DNA of 64,000 nt from positions 9,548,001 through 9,612,000 of the forward strand of contig CM059432.1 of NCBI GenBank assembly GCA_030390025.1, written 5' to 3'. The notes beneath the pieces were generated by a model. It was not told where the DNA came from, searched no databases, and was given only the letters and a program-made list of their open reading frames with translations. Both the position numbers and the translations under genes were made by a program. Shown one piece after another: positions 21,921 to 35,461 of the stretch; the first letter of the stretch is position 1, and every line of letters begins with the position of its first letter. Origin of the DNA: Squalus acanthias (taxonomy: Eukaryota).

Positions 21921-24900
21921 CTTATAAGGCTAGAGAGACATGATTGTCAGCGGTGCTATTGTACGAATATTTAACATGCTCACACCAAATTCCTTTCTCT
22001 GCTGTTTTTACAAAGCCACAATCCATTTAAAATACTTTGGTAATCACCTCCATTAAAATAATGGGCAGAGACCTATGGTATGCTGTGATAAGATTCATAC
22101 GATAACATCGCCGACAGTAACATCCAGGTTATAGTGACCATTCAGTTACCATTTTTTCCCTTTATTATTCCCCCACTTGACTATATATCGCCATGTATCC
22201 AATAAGGAGGAAGTCCCAGGAAACAGGCAACTTTAATAGCAACCTCACCTCTGAGTCAGAAGGTTGTGGGTTCAAGTCCCACTCCAGGGACTTGAGCACA
22301 AAAATCCAGGCTGACACTCCAGTGCAGTGCTGAGGGAGTGCTGCACTGTCGAAGGTGCCGTCTTTCGGTTGAGACGTTAAACCGAGGCCCCGTCTGCTCT
22401 CTCAGGTAAAAGATCCCGTGGCGCTATTATACGTTTCCACAATCAGGCAATTGTAGGCCTACTAATATTGAGGTGAAATATTCAGTGCCAGTATTTTAGT
22501 TCCTTCTTACCCTGAATGCTGTACCTGTGGGAGGTTCTGCATGTAGAGCTCCCCAAAATCCTTAGGAAGGATATATTGGCCTTGGAGGGAATGCAGCGTA
22601 GGTTTACCAGAATTATACCCGGACTTCATGGGTTAAGTTATGAGGAGAGATTACACAAATTAGGGTTGTATTCTCTGGAATTTATAAGGTTAAGGGGTGA
22701 TCTGATCGAAGTTTTCAAGATATTAAGGGGAACAGATAGCGAGAAACTATTTCCACTGGTTGGGGATTCTGGGACTAGGGGGCATAGTCTAAAAATTAGC
22801 GCCAGACCTTTCAGGATTGAAATTAGGAAACACTTCTACACACAAAGGGTGGTAGAAGTTTGGAACTCTTTTCTGCAAACAGCAGTCGATGCTAGATCAA
22901 TTGTTAATTTTAAATCTGAGATTGATAGATTTTTGTTAACCAAAGATATTAAGGGATATGGGGCAAAGGCAGGTATATGGAGTTAGGTCGCAGATCAGCC
23001 CTGATCTCATCGAATGGCGGAAAAGGCTCGAGGGGCTGAATGGCCTCCTCCTGTTCCTATGTTCCTAAAATCATTACACCCAAGAGTGATAAACTGAGAA
23101 TAATCTCTGGAGCTCACAATCGAACATCAGTCTCTCGGACCTAAGACAGAGCATTAAAGTGTCCCTTAAACTCAAGAGGAGAACCTTGAGGTTACAAATG
23201 AATACTTGGCAGCATTTGGAATTAGAACACAGCATGGAACAAGCCTGGAATTTGTGTTACAGTGCCAATCAGCTCAGAAACACAAAAGCCTAGATTTTCC
23301 AATTGCCTTTATTTTAACACCAGTAATAACCCACTACTGGGCTCGTGTTCCCATTAAAATAACGTCGATCAGGCAGTCGAGGCTAAAGTCACTACCTTTA
23401 TGCGAGCTTTCTTACTATTACACATTGGGATGGAGGGCGACGAAATATGATGACACTGCAAAAGCTGTCATATATATAGTGGGGTATTTTTGATCTGTTT
23501 TTCTGGTGAATTTTATGTTAATTAAGGTGTAGGATGTTAGCGCTGGGAAATGGAATATTTTCCCATACCAAGCATTCCAGAAGTAGCATCAGGTATTCCC
23601 AGGTTAGTACGATGTTCAACTCACAATCAATAGGCCCAAGTTTTAAAAAAAACTTGCATTTATATAGCGTCTTTCACCACCTCAGGAATCCCAAAATGTT
23701 TTACAGCCAATGAAATACTTTTTTGAAGTATAGTCACTGTTGTAACGTAGGAATCTCGACTTTAACTAACATTTGAACCTATCTACCCTCTCTGATCGGC
23801 TGGAAGAGTTACAAAGTATTACAAAGTATTTACAGCACAGAAACAGGCCATTCAGCCCAACAGGTCCATGCTGGTGTTTATGCTCCACACCAGCCTCCTC
23901 CCACCCTTCTTCATCTCACCCCATCAACATCTCCTTCGGTTCCTTTCTTCCTCGTGTGCTTATCTAGCTCCCCCTTGAAAGTTTCTATGCTATTCGCCTC
24001 AACCACTCCTTGTGGTAGCGAGTTCCACTTTGTACAGTTCAATGGGGTGTGTTTGGTACACAACTTACACCTGTGCTGCCGTTACATTATACAGATATAA
24101 TTCATAGAGGTAACCCGACATGCAAGAATCCATAAGAGCAATAATCATCTTATCCCCTTGTCCCAAGCATTCTTCCTCCCTCCATGCTCTTCCCTCGCCC
24201 CCCCCCCCCCCGGCCCCCCCCCTCCTCTCAAGATGCTAACTCCTGCTTTAGAATGGTTTCACTGGCCTGCACAGGCACAGAGTCCATTCCAAATCCTTCT
24301 CTGTCCTCTGCTATCTTTCTCAGCCCTGCTTTTTTTTCCTGACACGAGTCTACTTTGCAACTACCCCCTCCCTCCGCTCCGCCACTGATGGCAGATACCT
24401 CAGTCACCACAGCCCTTGCACGCACAAAATTCTCTCCTAGGCCTCTTCGCCGTGCTACCTCTCCAACTGCAAAAAAGCCTCCAGAAAATTGACTCCTTTC
24501 TATTGTGCCTTTGGTCAACCCCACCCCACCCCCCCCAAACTCCTGCTTGTGATCCACCACTGCACCTGTACAGCACCTTGGGACATTTTATCGTGTGAAA
24601 GGTGCTATATAAATATAAGTTGTTCATAAACATGTCACTGACAGTGCACTGTGAGGTTACTGAATTGCTTTACAGAATGGATGGCTGTTTCCAGGATCGT
24701 GGCTGAAACAGGGAATCAAAGTCTCTTCCGTCAACAGTTTATTCCAAAGATACCGGCTCCTAACCACCAGCGTTCTGAGCACATAGACATGAAAGAAATG
24801 CCAGATTTTTATATTATGCGAGTTCTGCCTTTATGATGTGTTTTATAGCCACCTCCTTAAGTCTTTGTCCTTCATCAGATTTATAGAGATGGAGCAGCTA

Positions 24901-26123
24901 TTTTTAAAGGAGTGCATTTTTTCTGGCGTTCACTGATTTTTATAAATCACACGTATTTGCAAATTAAACATGTATGGCACTCGTTCAAAGTGGCGGTGGA
25001 ACCAATGTTAAACTTCTAGCGCTAATTGAATAGAATAGGAGATACTCATTCTGCCTCTGTGAAATACGATTCTGCTCTCAATGGCCTGACAGGGTAATTC
25101 ATGAACAAAGTCATAAGGGAGTCACGGTCAGCCCCATGAGTGGCAATAAAAATCAGGTGGAACCACTCAGTTCTGCATGAATCACACTCACAGGCATTTT
25201 GGAGATTTCAAACAATTACTTTGACAAGGACTTTGTTCATCGGAAGGATGTCAAGGCCTTGGTGAGGGTGCAGAGGAGATTTACTGGAATGGTACCAGGG
25301 ATGAAAGACTTCAGTTATAGAGAGAGACTGGAGAAACTGCAGTCGTTTTCCTTAGAGCAGGGAGAAGGTCAAGGGGAGATTTGATAGAGCTGTTCAAATT
25401 CTTGAATGGTTTTGATAGAGCAACTAAGAAGAAACTGTTTCCAGTGGCAGAAGGGTCAGTAACCAGAGGACACAGATTTAAGCGAATTGGCAAAAGAACC
25501 AGAGGCAACATGAGGAAACATTTTACACAGCGAGTTGTTGTGATCTGGAATGCACTGCCTGAAAGGGCGGTGGAAGCAGATTCAATAATAACTCTCAAAA
25601 GGGAATTGGATAAATACTTGAAAAGGAAAACATTGCTGGGCTATGGGGAAAGAGCAGGGGAATGGGACTAATTGGATAGCTCTTTCAAAGAGCCGGCACA
25701 GGCACGATGGGCCGAATGGGCTGTATCATTGGATGATTTCATGATTTATTAAAATTGGAAAAAATGAAGAAAATTGTCTCACGCCATAACTTACTATCTG
25801 AAAATATTTGCACAGTTGTTACCACTCGCAATAAGAGTTTGTGACTGTAACAATCAGGCCCTGAAATCACACTGTGAGATGTCGAGGTTACACTGTCTGA
25901 AATTCCTCTCCCCACTACTTTAGCAGAGGCACAACTCATTTATTTCAAAAGAATTGGTGCCTCCATTAAAATAATGCAGACAGGACTTTCAGCCAAATTG
26001 ATTAGCGATCACACGCCAGTATCCCAGAGCATCCTTTCTCGGGGCCAACATCTCTAATGAGGAGATCGATTGAGAACGTAGGGTGAGCATTTAAAAGGGG
26101 AAAGAGAAATGAATGGTGTTTAC

Positions 26124-26348
26124 CTTGCCCACATATAATGGGTCTGTGCCTGTATACTCCTCCAGCACAAAGAACTGGTTCCACACCCAGCCCCGTTTCA
26201 CCCGCCTGTGTGCCTCCCCTGGCTTTCCTGTTGCGAGGTGGGACCCTGACACCGACGATGAAGGATCTGATTGACTTGTTCCGCCAAGGCATAGGCACAG
26301 TGTCATTATCACGAGAGAATGCCAGAACCTCCCGTCTCTCGGCTTCAT
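26124..26348 (-). CDS. CDH7: Type II cadherin (cadherin-7-like), first coding exon: signal peptide, short prodomain, furin site, start of EC1
   Basis: [28 protein letters not shown]...[27 protein letters not shown] (75 codons). Donor AAG|GTAAAC after 26124; acceptor (ctgtactag|G) puts the exon start at 26527; A at -3 of the ATG; no upstream ATG in the UTR part. The N-terminus resembles CDH7 as recalled. Confidence 0.9.
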
Positions 26349-26799
26349 TTTTCACTCTGGAGAGAACCTTGACAGAAGCACAGGCACTGTTCCACTTGGC
26401 TTGGCAGCAATAGCCTCCGGCAGTGTTGTCAGTCTGGAGTTCGCAGATAATAAATTTGTTGCCAGTTGGTCTGAAGAAGCTTGCGACTGCAGAGTAAACT
26501 TTACTGAAGAAATGGTGTAATGGACACCTAGTACAGATAAAGACAAGAGCTGCTGTCAGTTAACCGCTTCACCAACCTGTGTCATTTTGTTTAACATGTT
26601 GAAAGACAAGATCCAAAGGTGTCTAAGACAAATAATGAGGCCGTTTCTTCAGTTAAGTACAAGGCACAGGATACATGAACATTGTATTGCGTTGGTTAAA
26701 ATAAGAACACATTACAGAATATGGTCGTTATGCTGAAATGACTTGACTTTGCATGTCTGGCTATCTAAATTGTTTTCAGTGTCCATTTTATAGAAAGAA

Positions 26800-27245
26800 A
26801 GACTTGCATTTCTACAGCGCCTTTCGCGACCACCGGACGTCTCAAAGCGCTTTACAGCCAATGAAGTACTTTTTTGGAAGTGTAGTCGCTGTTGTAATGT
26901 AGGAAACACTGCAGCCAATTTGCACACAGCAAGCTCCCACAAACAGCAATGTGAAAATGAGCAGATAATCTGTTTTTGTTATGTTGGTTGAGGGATGAAT
27001 ATTGGCCCCGGGACACCTCACCTGCTCTTCTTCGAAATAGTGCCGTGGGATCTTTCACGTCCACCTGAGAGAGCAGACGGGGCCTCGGTTTAACGTCTCA
27101 TCTGAAAGACAGCTCCCTCAGCCCTGCACTGCACTGCACTGCAGTGTCAGCCTAGCTTTATGTGCTCAAGTCTCTGGAGTGGGACTTGAACCCACAACCT
27201 TCTGACTCAGAGGTGAGAGTGCCGCCCACTGAGCCACAGCTGACA
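26800..27245 (-). mobile_element. tRNA-derived Deu-domain-like SINE (SacSINE1-like), near full length
   Basis: GTGGCTCAGTGG and GGTTCAAGTCCC boxes, gagacgttaaaccgaggccccgtctgc core, L2-like tail. Family name from recall. Confidence 0.75.
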
Positions 27246-28429
27246 CCTTACATTATAAGGTTGCTTCAAAGTCACTTCTCAAACCAAATTAGAACAATTT
27301 TGACCTATTTGTGTTCGGGTTTCAGGTACCTCAAATCCAAATATGATTGGGAGTTTCTTGACTAAGAACTGGCCCCAATTCAGGCCTGAGTTAAAATTAC
27401 AGTCGGGTCTCAATGATGTCATCGGGCCGCAACATGCATATGTAAAGAAGGACCCTGTTGGCTCCGGGCACGCGTGTCCTTGCTGCCCGCTCAGGAGAGC
27501 AGGTTAAAATCGCAGATGCTGCGATCATGGCGGGTTTCAGACAAGTAAGAGCCAGGGCGATTTTAACTGCCCACCTGCCAGGTTTCTGCTGAGCGAGTAG
27601 GGTTAAAATCGCCCCCAGCTTTACAGATCCTGAATTTCGATATATTTTACACACCCCCAAGTCCAAACTCTTGAATAATTATTTACATATCTTCTTCCTT
27701 ATTATTATTATTATATACATTTTTTTTCCTGGATTTCTATACACTTGTCTGTGGGAGGCTCAGTATACTAAACAATTCTATCTTGTTCTTTTGAACCTAT
27801 TGTACTCTCAATTGAGATAGCAAAGATTAAATTCAGAGCCCCAGACTGTTGGACAACAGGCTTATTTCTTAAAGCAAGCTCTTCCTATGGATTTGTGCTG
27901 TACGAGTTTGCTATTCTGAACTTATAGTGTGGCTGTATTTACCTCACTGCTGGTGAGACTTGAACGCAGTCAAGCCATTTACAACATTTCCTTCAAAATG
28001 AGCTATAACATAGCAGAGAGGGAACCAACCCATGAGTGCATTGTGTTTCTACTGCGCTGTTAAAAGGATAAAAGAGGATCACCAAGGAGCTTTACAACAA
28101 TAACAGGAAACACAAGCCTCTTAGACTTGAACCCAGTCTCTATCATCTTTAGAAGAGTGCTCTTAACTGTACTTTTGCGCAATCTAAAAAAGAATTGCTC
28201 CTATCTCCGGAAAAACACCACTGTGTGCCACTCTGCCCTGTCAGCACTTTCCATTTGGCGCTGATCTCGATGACACTGCTGCACTTTGCCGATCAATGGG
28301 GGGGTCACCCAATTGCTTAAATAGGGTAGAGGCTGGCTCTCTCTGAAGTTATATTGCAGGCACAGCACAGTTCAAATCGATCATAGACTTATAGACCCAT
28401 GCGGATCTACAGCGCCAACAGTTATAGAG

Positions 28430-29670
28430 TCATGAGTTATACAGCACAGAAAGAGGCCCTTCGGCCCATCGTGTCCACGCATTTTCCAGCACTTGGTCCG
28501 TCGCCTTGTATGCTATGGCGTTTCAAGTGCTCATCTAAATGCTTCTTGAATGTTGTGAGGGTTCCTGTCTCTACCACCCTTTCAGGCAGTGAGTTCCAGA
28601 TTCCAACCACCCTCTGGGTGAAAAAGTTTTTCCTCAAATCCCCTCTAAACCTCCTGCTCCTTACCTTGAAACTATGCCCCCTGGTTATTAACCCCTCTAC
28701 TCAGGGGAAAAGTTCCTTTCTATCTACCCTATCTATGCCCCTCATAATTTTGTACACCTCAATCAGGTCCCCCCTCAGCCTTCTCTGCTCGAAGGAAAAC
28801 AACCCCAGCCTGTCCAGTCTCTCTTCATAGCTGAAATGCTCCAGCCCAGGTAACATCCTGGTGAATCTCCTCTGCACCCTCTCCAATGCAATCACATCCC
28901 TCCTATAGTGTGGCGACCAGAACTGTACACAGTATTCCAGCTGTGGCCTAACTAGCGTTTTGTACAGCTCCATCATAACCTCCCTGCTCTTATATTCTAT
29001 GCCTCGGCTAATGAAGGCAAGTATCCCATATGCCTTCTTAATCACCAGTTCCAGATAGAATCAGAGAATCATGCAGCACAGAAGGAGGCCATTCAGCCCA
29101 TCGCGCCTCTTTGGTAGAGCTATCCAATTAGTCCCTTAGCCCTGCAAAGTTTTCCCCTTCAAGTATTTATCCAATTCCCTTTTTGAAAGTTGCCATTCAA
29201 TCTGCTCCCACCACCCTTTCAGGCAGTGCTTTCCGGATCATAACAATTCGCTTTGTAAAATCATTTTTTCCTCATGACGCCTCTGGTTCCTTTGCCAATT
29301 GCCTTCAATCTGTGTCCTCTGCTAACCGGCCTTCTGCCATGCCACTGGAAACAGTTTCTCCTTATTTACTCTGTCAAAACCCTTCATGACTTTGAACACC
29401 TCTATTAAATCTCCCCTTAACCTTCTCTGCTCCAAGGAGAAAAACCCCAGCTTCTCTAGTCATGCACATTAAAGAATGCAGGTGATGCAGGAATGGCATA
29501 TTCCATAACCCACCCCAGGAAATCAGAGAATCATACAGCACAGAAGGAGGCCATTCGGCCCATCGTGCCTGTGCCGGCTCTTTGAAAGAGCGATCCAATT
29601 AGTCCCACTCCCCCTGCTCTTTCCCCACAGCCCTGCAAGTTTTTTTCCCCTTCGAGTATTTATCCAATTC
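28430..29670 (-). mobile_element. Cluster of three CR1 3' fragments
   Basis: RPQLEYCVQFWSP, FFTQRVV, repeated 3' UTRs. Confidence 0.8.
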
Positions 29671-30446
29671 CCTCTGTGTGAGTTTAGCTAATCAATCGCC
29701 ACTTACATGACTGTTAGATGTCAATACTTTCAAAGATTTTTAGGATTATCTTTTCCTCCCATTGGCACGTGTCAGATTCCCGACAAATTCCCTGATGCAG
29801 GAATATGGCGCAGGGTGTTTAGAGTGATGCTGAAAAATGTACTTGTGGCCCTGGCTAAATCTGTTGAAAATTCCTCACCGACATCAATAAATCCTCATAA
29901 ATCCTTGAACATACATGAGGATCGCATAATATCCAGTGGCAGTCTCCCTCACGTCAATGTGTTTGTCGAAGCACCAGTGGCCTATTCCAGTGTGCTGGTG
30001 AGTTAGCCACTCCTAGGCAAAGACTTTTCTCAAAAAATCTTTAAATTTGTGAAATACTTGGCAGAGACATGGACAAACATGATACTGTGATGTCTCTAAC
30101 TATTGCAACGAACAACCTAGTAACTGTTACAATTCGCATGTGTTTGGATAGAAAAGTCAATAGATATATTGTAGTAACCCTAACTAGCACCAACTCCAAA
30201 GGAACCACAAAATGAAGAAGACTGAAGAATATATCATAGAATCAGAGAAACCCACAGCACGGAAGGAGGCCACTCGGTCCGTCGTGCCTGTGCTGGCTCT
30301 TTGAAAGAGCCGTCGTGCTCAGTCCCACGTCCTCGCTTTTTGTCCGTAACCCTGTGCGTTCCTCATCCTCCAGAACCCGTCCAACTCCCTTTTAAAATCA
30401 TTGATGGAATCAGCTTCCACCACCTGTTCATGTAGCCTGTTGCAGT

Positions 30447-30872
30447 GTCAGCTGTGGCTCAGTAGGTCGCAACTCTCACCTCTAGAGTCAGAAGGTTGTG
30501 GGTTCAAGTCCCACTCCAGAGACTTGAGTACTAGAATTCTAGGCTGACACTGCAGTGCAGTACTGAGGGGGTGCTGCACTGTCAGAGGTGCTGATTCTGC
30601 GATGAGATATTAAACTGAGGCCCCGTCTGCTTCCTAGGTGGACATAAAAGACCCCATGGCACTATTTTGAAGAAGAGCACGGAAGTTGGTCCTGGCCAAT
30701 ATTTATGGCTCAATCAACATCACTAAAAACAGATTATCCTGTCATTATCATATTGCTGTTTGTGGGATCTTGCTGTGTGCAAATTGGCTGCCGAGTTTCC
30801 TACATTACAACAGTGACTACACTTCAAAAGTACTTCATTGGCTGTAAGGCACTGTAGAAATGCAAGTCTTCC
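30447..30872 (+). mobile_element. Same SINE family, full length (other copies about 22243-22430, 31300-31685 and 58165-58795; 3' pieces at 7660, 16950 and 23650)
   Basis: A box tggctcagtagg, B box ggttcaagtcc, shared core and tail. Confidence 0.8.
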
Positions 30873-32179
30873 TTTCACATCCTGATACCTCTCTGAGTGA
30901 AACAAAATTCTCCTCACCTCCCCTCTATAGATCTTTTGCCAATGATATATGTATAGGTTCGGCATGTTTCAGTGGTTCTTGAAAGGGCCCCTTTTATCTA
31001 GTAGCCTTTATCTAATGTAGATTTAGGTCCTTGTGTTGCATTTTATGTTTCACTTCAAATTTTGAGCTACCATTTTCCAGCACCATTAAATCATTGGACT
31101 GTTACAGGTGCTACAGTGTAGAATTGCCTTTAGTTTTACAGAGGTGAATTTCATTGTTTTGCTATGTTAATATTATGAGGGAATGCAATCAAAGAATCAC
31201 CCAAGGCTGCTTTCACCTTTACTCTTGGCAAGCTCTACCCCATCCATTGTGGATGATTTTGACTTTGGGTGATAATATAAGACAGGCGATATCGATTCAT
31301 GCATTTATACAGCGCCTTTCATGACCTCAGCACATGTCAAAGCGCTTTACGGCCAGTGAAGTACATTTTAAGTGTAGTCACTGTTGTAATGTAGGAAGCG
31401 CGGCAGCCAATTTGCGCACAGCAAGCTCCCACAAACAGCAATGTGATAATGACCAGATAATCTGTTTTTAGTGATGTTGGTTGAGGGATAAATATTGGCC
31501 CCAGGACACCAGGGATAACTCCCCTGCTCTTCTTCGAAACAGTGCCATGATATCTTTTACATCCACCTGAGAGGGCAGACGGGGCCTCGGTTTAACTTCT
31601 CATCTGAAAGACGGCACCTCCGACAGTGCAGCACTCCCTCAGTACTGCACTGGTGTGTCAGCCTGGATTATGGGCTCAAGTCTCAATTTATACATCTCTC
31701 ATTGAAAATCGGGAGAGAGGGATAAAGGGCAGCTGAATCGATAGTGCCCGTTTTACACTATTACCCAATGACAAAATTATTCCCTGGAATACACGTGCCT
31801 TATCATTTTACTTCCTGTATACAATATATTGAATTTGTCCAAATTGAACTGCACTTGCCACTGGACCAGTCTAAATCTAATCTCTTTTCGAGCTCTTGGC
31901 TGCCTCCTCTGACGTAACATCTTCATCACAGCTCTGAATTTCCACAGGGTTCTCCCAATCTCTCACCGCAACTTCAGCAGAAGATCGGTGGACATCCCGG
32001 TGAATCGGTTCAAATGGCCATTTTTAGCCGTTGCTTTTCTGGGGTTACAGCGATCTCCTGTCAGGGAACCTTCGAAGAGATTCCAGGCATATTTCTTTAC
32101 ACAAATGGTGACCAACACATGGCACTAGTTGCTAAGAAGGGTTTTTTTTTAGGGCAGGGCACTGGACTGATTTAAGATA

Positions 32180-33120
32180 TCTCCAAGTTTGCAGACGACA
32201 CAAAGCTGGGTGGGAGTGTGTGCCGTGAGGAGGATGCCGAGAAACTCCAGTATGATTTGAACAGGTTGGGTGATTGGGCAGAAGCGTGGCAGATGCAATA
32301 TAATGTGGATAAATGCGAGTTTATCCACTTTGGTGTAAAAAACAGGATGGCAGATTATTATCTGAATGGCAATAGATTGGGAGAAGGGGAAGTGCAACGA
32401 GACCTGGGTGTCCCTGTGCACCAGTCGCTGAAGGTAAGCATGCAGGTGCAGCAGGCGGTTAAGAAGGCAAATGGTATGTTGGCCTTCGTAGCGAAAGGGT
32501 TCGAGTACAGGAACAAGGATGTCTTGCTGCAGTTGTACAGGGCCTTGGTGAGACCACATCTTGAGTATTGCGTGCAGTTTTGGACGCCTTATCTGAGGAA
32601 GGATGTTCTTGCCATGGAGGGAGTGCAGCGAAGATTCACCAGGCTGATACCTGGGATGGCAGGAATGACATATGAGGAGAGATTGGGTCGATTGGGCTTA
32701 TACTCACTGGAGTTTAGAAGAATGAGAGGGGATCTCATTGAAACTTATAAAATTCTAACAGGACTAGACAGACTAGATGCAGGAAGGATGTTCCCGATGG
32801 CCGGGGAGTCCAGAACCAGGGGTCACAGTCTAAGGATAAGGGGTAAGCCATTTAGAACTGAGATGAGGAGGAATTTCTTCACCCAGAGAGTGGTGAACCT
32901 GTGGAATTCTCTACCACAGAAGGCAGGAGAGGCCAAGTCAGTAAATATATTCAAGAAGGAGATAGATATATTTCTTAAAGCTAAAGGGATCAAGGGATAT
33001 GGGGAGAAAGCAGGGACAGGGTACTGAATTTGGATGATCAGCCATGATCTCATTGAAAGGCAGAGCAGGCTCGAGGGGCTGAATGGCCTACTCCTGCTCC
33101 TATCTTCTATGTTTCTATGT
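32180..33120 (+). mobile_element. CR1 RT 3' part, relatively intact (same subfamily at 63700-64000)
   Basis: Starts at FADDTK; 269-aa open frame to the natural stop; 3' UTR. Confidence 0.9.
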
Positions 33121-33388
33121 TAAGAAAGACCTTTCTGTGATGAGAGATGGTTGGGTTTGGAATGGTGGAAAGGTGCAGTAAAATGAGCTGAAGAACCGTC
33201 TTCATCTGAACCTGCCTTGCGATCTTGTGATATACTCAAGATGAGGTTCCTTGGAACTTACCATTTTTGTAGCCACCATCTTGTCTTTCGAGATTAATTT
33301 TAATTGCTTTTAGTAGTTTAAATGTTTCTAATTAAGTCTATAAAGGACTTCTGGAACAAAAGAACCACATTATTAAAAACTTAGCATT

Positions 33389-34382
33389 GGGCTGGATCTT
33401 GCTGGAAACGACTCAGCCAGCAAGTTCAGGGGATTAAGAGATCCGCTGTGAGTTGTGAACCTCCAGAACTTGCTGCTCGATTTACGCCGATCCCCGTTTG
33501 CTTCACTCACCGCAGAAAGTTAGGGCTGGCACTTAACAGCGTAAGCACGGTTTTAACGACATGATAATTGTTAATGCAATGCCAATCAACCTCTCGCCCA
33601 GAAAGTGAACAATTTAAAATATTTGACTCTCATTCCTGTATGTAGTAACTTGTGAGAGATTTAAAATATATCAAATTTTAAATTTATAATTTACATTCTT
33701 GCTTTTCCTTTCCATCTCTTTTTCTCTCTCTCTTAATCCAATCTTCTTTTTCCTCTCTTTATTTCTCTTTCTGTACCTGATTTGACTCTAATTCACCATA
33801 TCTCCTTTTCCGTCATTCCTCGGTTTCTTCTCAATCCTTCAATCTCATTGGTTGAGGAGATAGACTGTTGGTCCCGTCATTCACTAAGGTCCCAGATGCC
33901 CCGCTGCCCTCGCCGCCCCGTTATCAGCTCACACTCCCAGCAAGTTAAGGTGGAAAAAAATATCAAGCTGAAGGGTGAGGGAAAAGGTCTAACGGGGCAC
34001 ACTGTGAGGTTCTTTTTTTATTCGTTTCGTGGGATGTGGGCGTCGCTGGCAAGGCCAGCATTTATTGCCCATCCCTAATTGCCCTTAGAGAAGGTGGAGG
34101 TGAGCCGCCTTCTTGAACCGCTGCAGTCCGTGTGGTGAAGGTACTCCCACAGTGCTGTTAGGGAGGGAGTTCCAGGATTTTGACCCAGTGACGATGAAGG
34201 AATGGCGATATATTTTCAAATCAGGATGGTGTGTGACTTGGAGGGGAACTTGGAGGCGATGGTGTTCCCATACGCCTGCTACCCTTGTCCTTCTAGGCGG
34301 TCGAGGTCGCGCGTTTGGGAGGTGCTGTCGAAGAAGCCTTGGCGAGTTGCTGCAGATGCCCCGCTCCAGCAAGATCTGGCCC
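33389..34382. mobile_element. MITE-like non-autonomous DNA transposon with a nested LINE 3' end (about 34010-34355)
   Basis: Terminal inverted repeats gggctggatcttgctgga / tccagcaagatctggccc (16/18 match). Confidence 0.65.
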
Positions 34383-35248
34383 GTTAGCTTCATTTTGATG
34401 CTTTTTCCTTCAGGCATGTCTGACAAAAGAGATAGTTGGCCCTTGATGCTTCATATTCAGTAAAGCACTAGTGGAGGGCTGCATATACTATTAGACCCAG
34501 TTAGCTGCAGCTATCTTGCTTATGAGTATTCGTTCTTTCCTTCCCAAGGCTACAATGCATTTCTCTCCATCCTTTCCAAGGTTGCTGTTTCTTTCTTCCT
34601 TCATGGTCCTGTTGTTCTCTGGTTGACTTGTGCTTGTCCACTATTCAATAATTTCTGCTGCTCTCCTACAGTTATTCTTTCCAAGACTTCTGCTTGCAAC
34701 CCTTCCGCAGTGCTGCTACTGTCTTCCCTATGGTTGCTGGTATGGTATGGCTTTTCCTACATTACAACATTAAAAAAGTACTTAATTGGCTGCAACTTGT
34801 TTGGGAAGTCCTGAGTCGTGAAAGGCGCTATGTAAATGCAAGTCTTTCTTTCCTTTTGCTGCTATTCCCCTATCAAAGCTATAGCTATTCTTCTTCTTCT
34901 TGTCTCAATTGCCCTTCCAAAGCTGCGTTTGTTCTTCCTGTGGTTCTTTCCCTCTGTAATGTATCCTATATTGTATGCAACTGCCCACTTTTGCTAATTT
35001 TGCTGACTTCGGTGGGTCCGTAGCGGGCGACATCGGTGGCGAGTCCCGACCCCGCTGCTGACTCCATCCCGCTCTGTGAAATGAATTTCCATTGATGGGG
35101 TTTGTTAAGCCCCGCCCAGCGCGTTTCTCAGCCAACTAGAGGAAGCGGGTCTGGTGATGTCATTTGATTTATTTTGACAGTTGTGCTGTCAGTGCTCTAC
35201 AGCATTGAGGTGTTACAAACATTGAGAAGCACTGCACAGAGGTGCACG

Positions 35249-35461
35249 GCTGCACCCAGGCTCTCCCATGACTCCCTCCATATGCTTATGGAGGGAGTCA
35301 CAGCACGCAGGGAGGTCCTCTTCCCTTCTCATGGGCAGAAGAGACCTCGCCAGGAGATCAACACAGCCTGGTTGCACATTGCACAGGAGGGCACAAGCAG
35401 GGATGTGGTCAGGAGGACCTGGGTGCAGTGCCACAAATGTTTCAATGATCTCAGTAGATCA
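35249..35461 (+). pseudogene. Myb/SANT-like DNA-binding domain remnant of a PIF/Harbinger-type element (element about 34990-37016)
   Basis: APRLSHDSLHMLMEGV..RREVLF...AWLHIA...RTWVQCHKCFNDL; repeated cccgacccgct motifs near both ends. Confidence 0.7.

Noticed and set aside
26124..26348. Assignment to CDH20 or CDH22
   Set aside because: The signal peptide pattern, [13 protein letters not shown] and SVEPKTG fit CDH7 better by recall; phylogeny is still needed.
30447..30525. tRNA genes
   Set aside because: A/B boxes run into SINE bodies with no complete cloverleaf.
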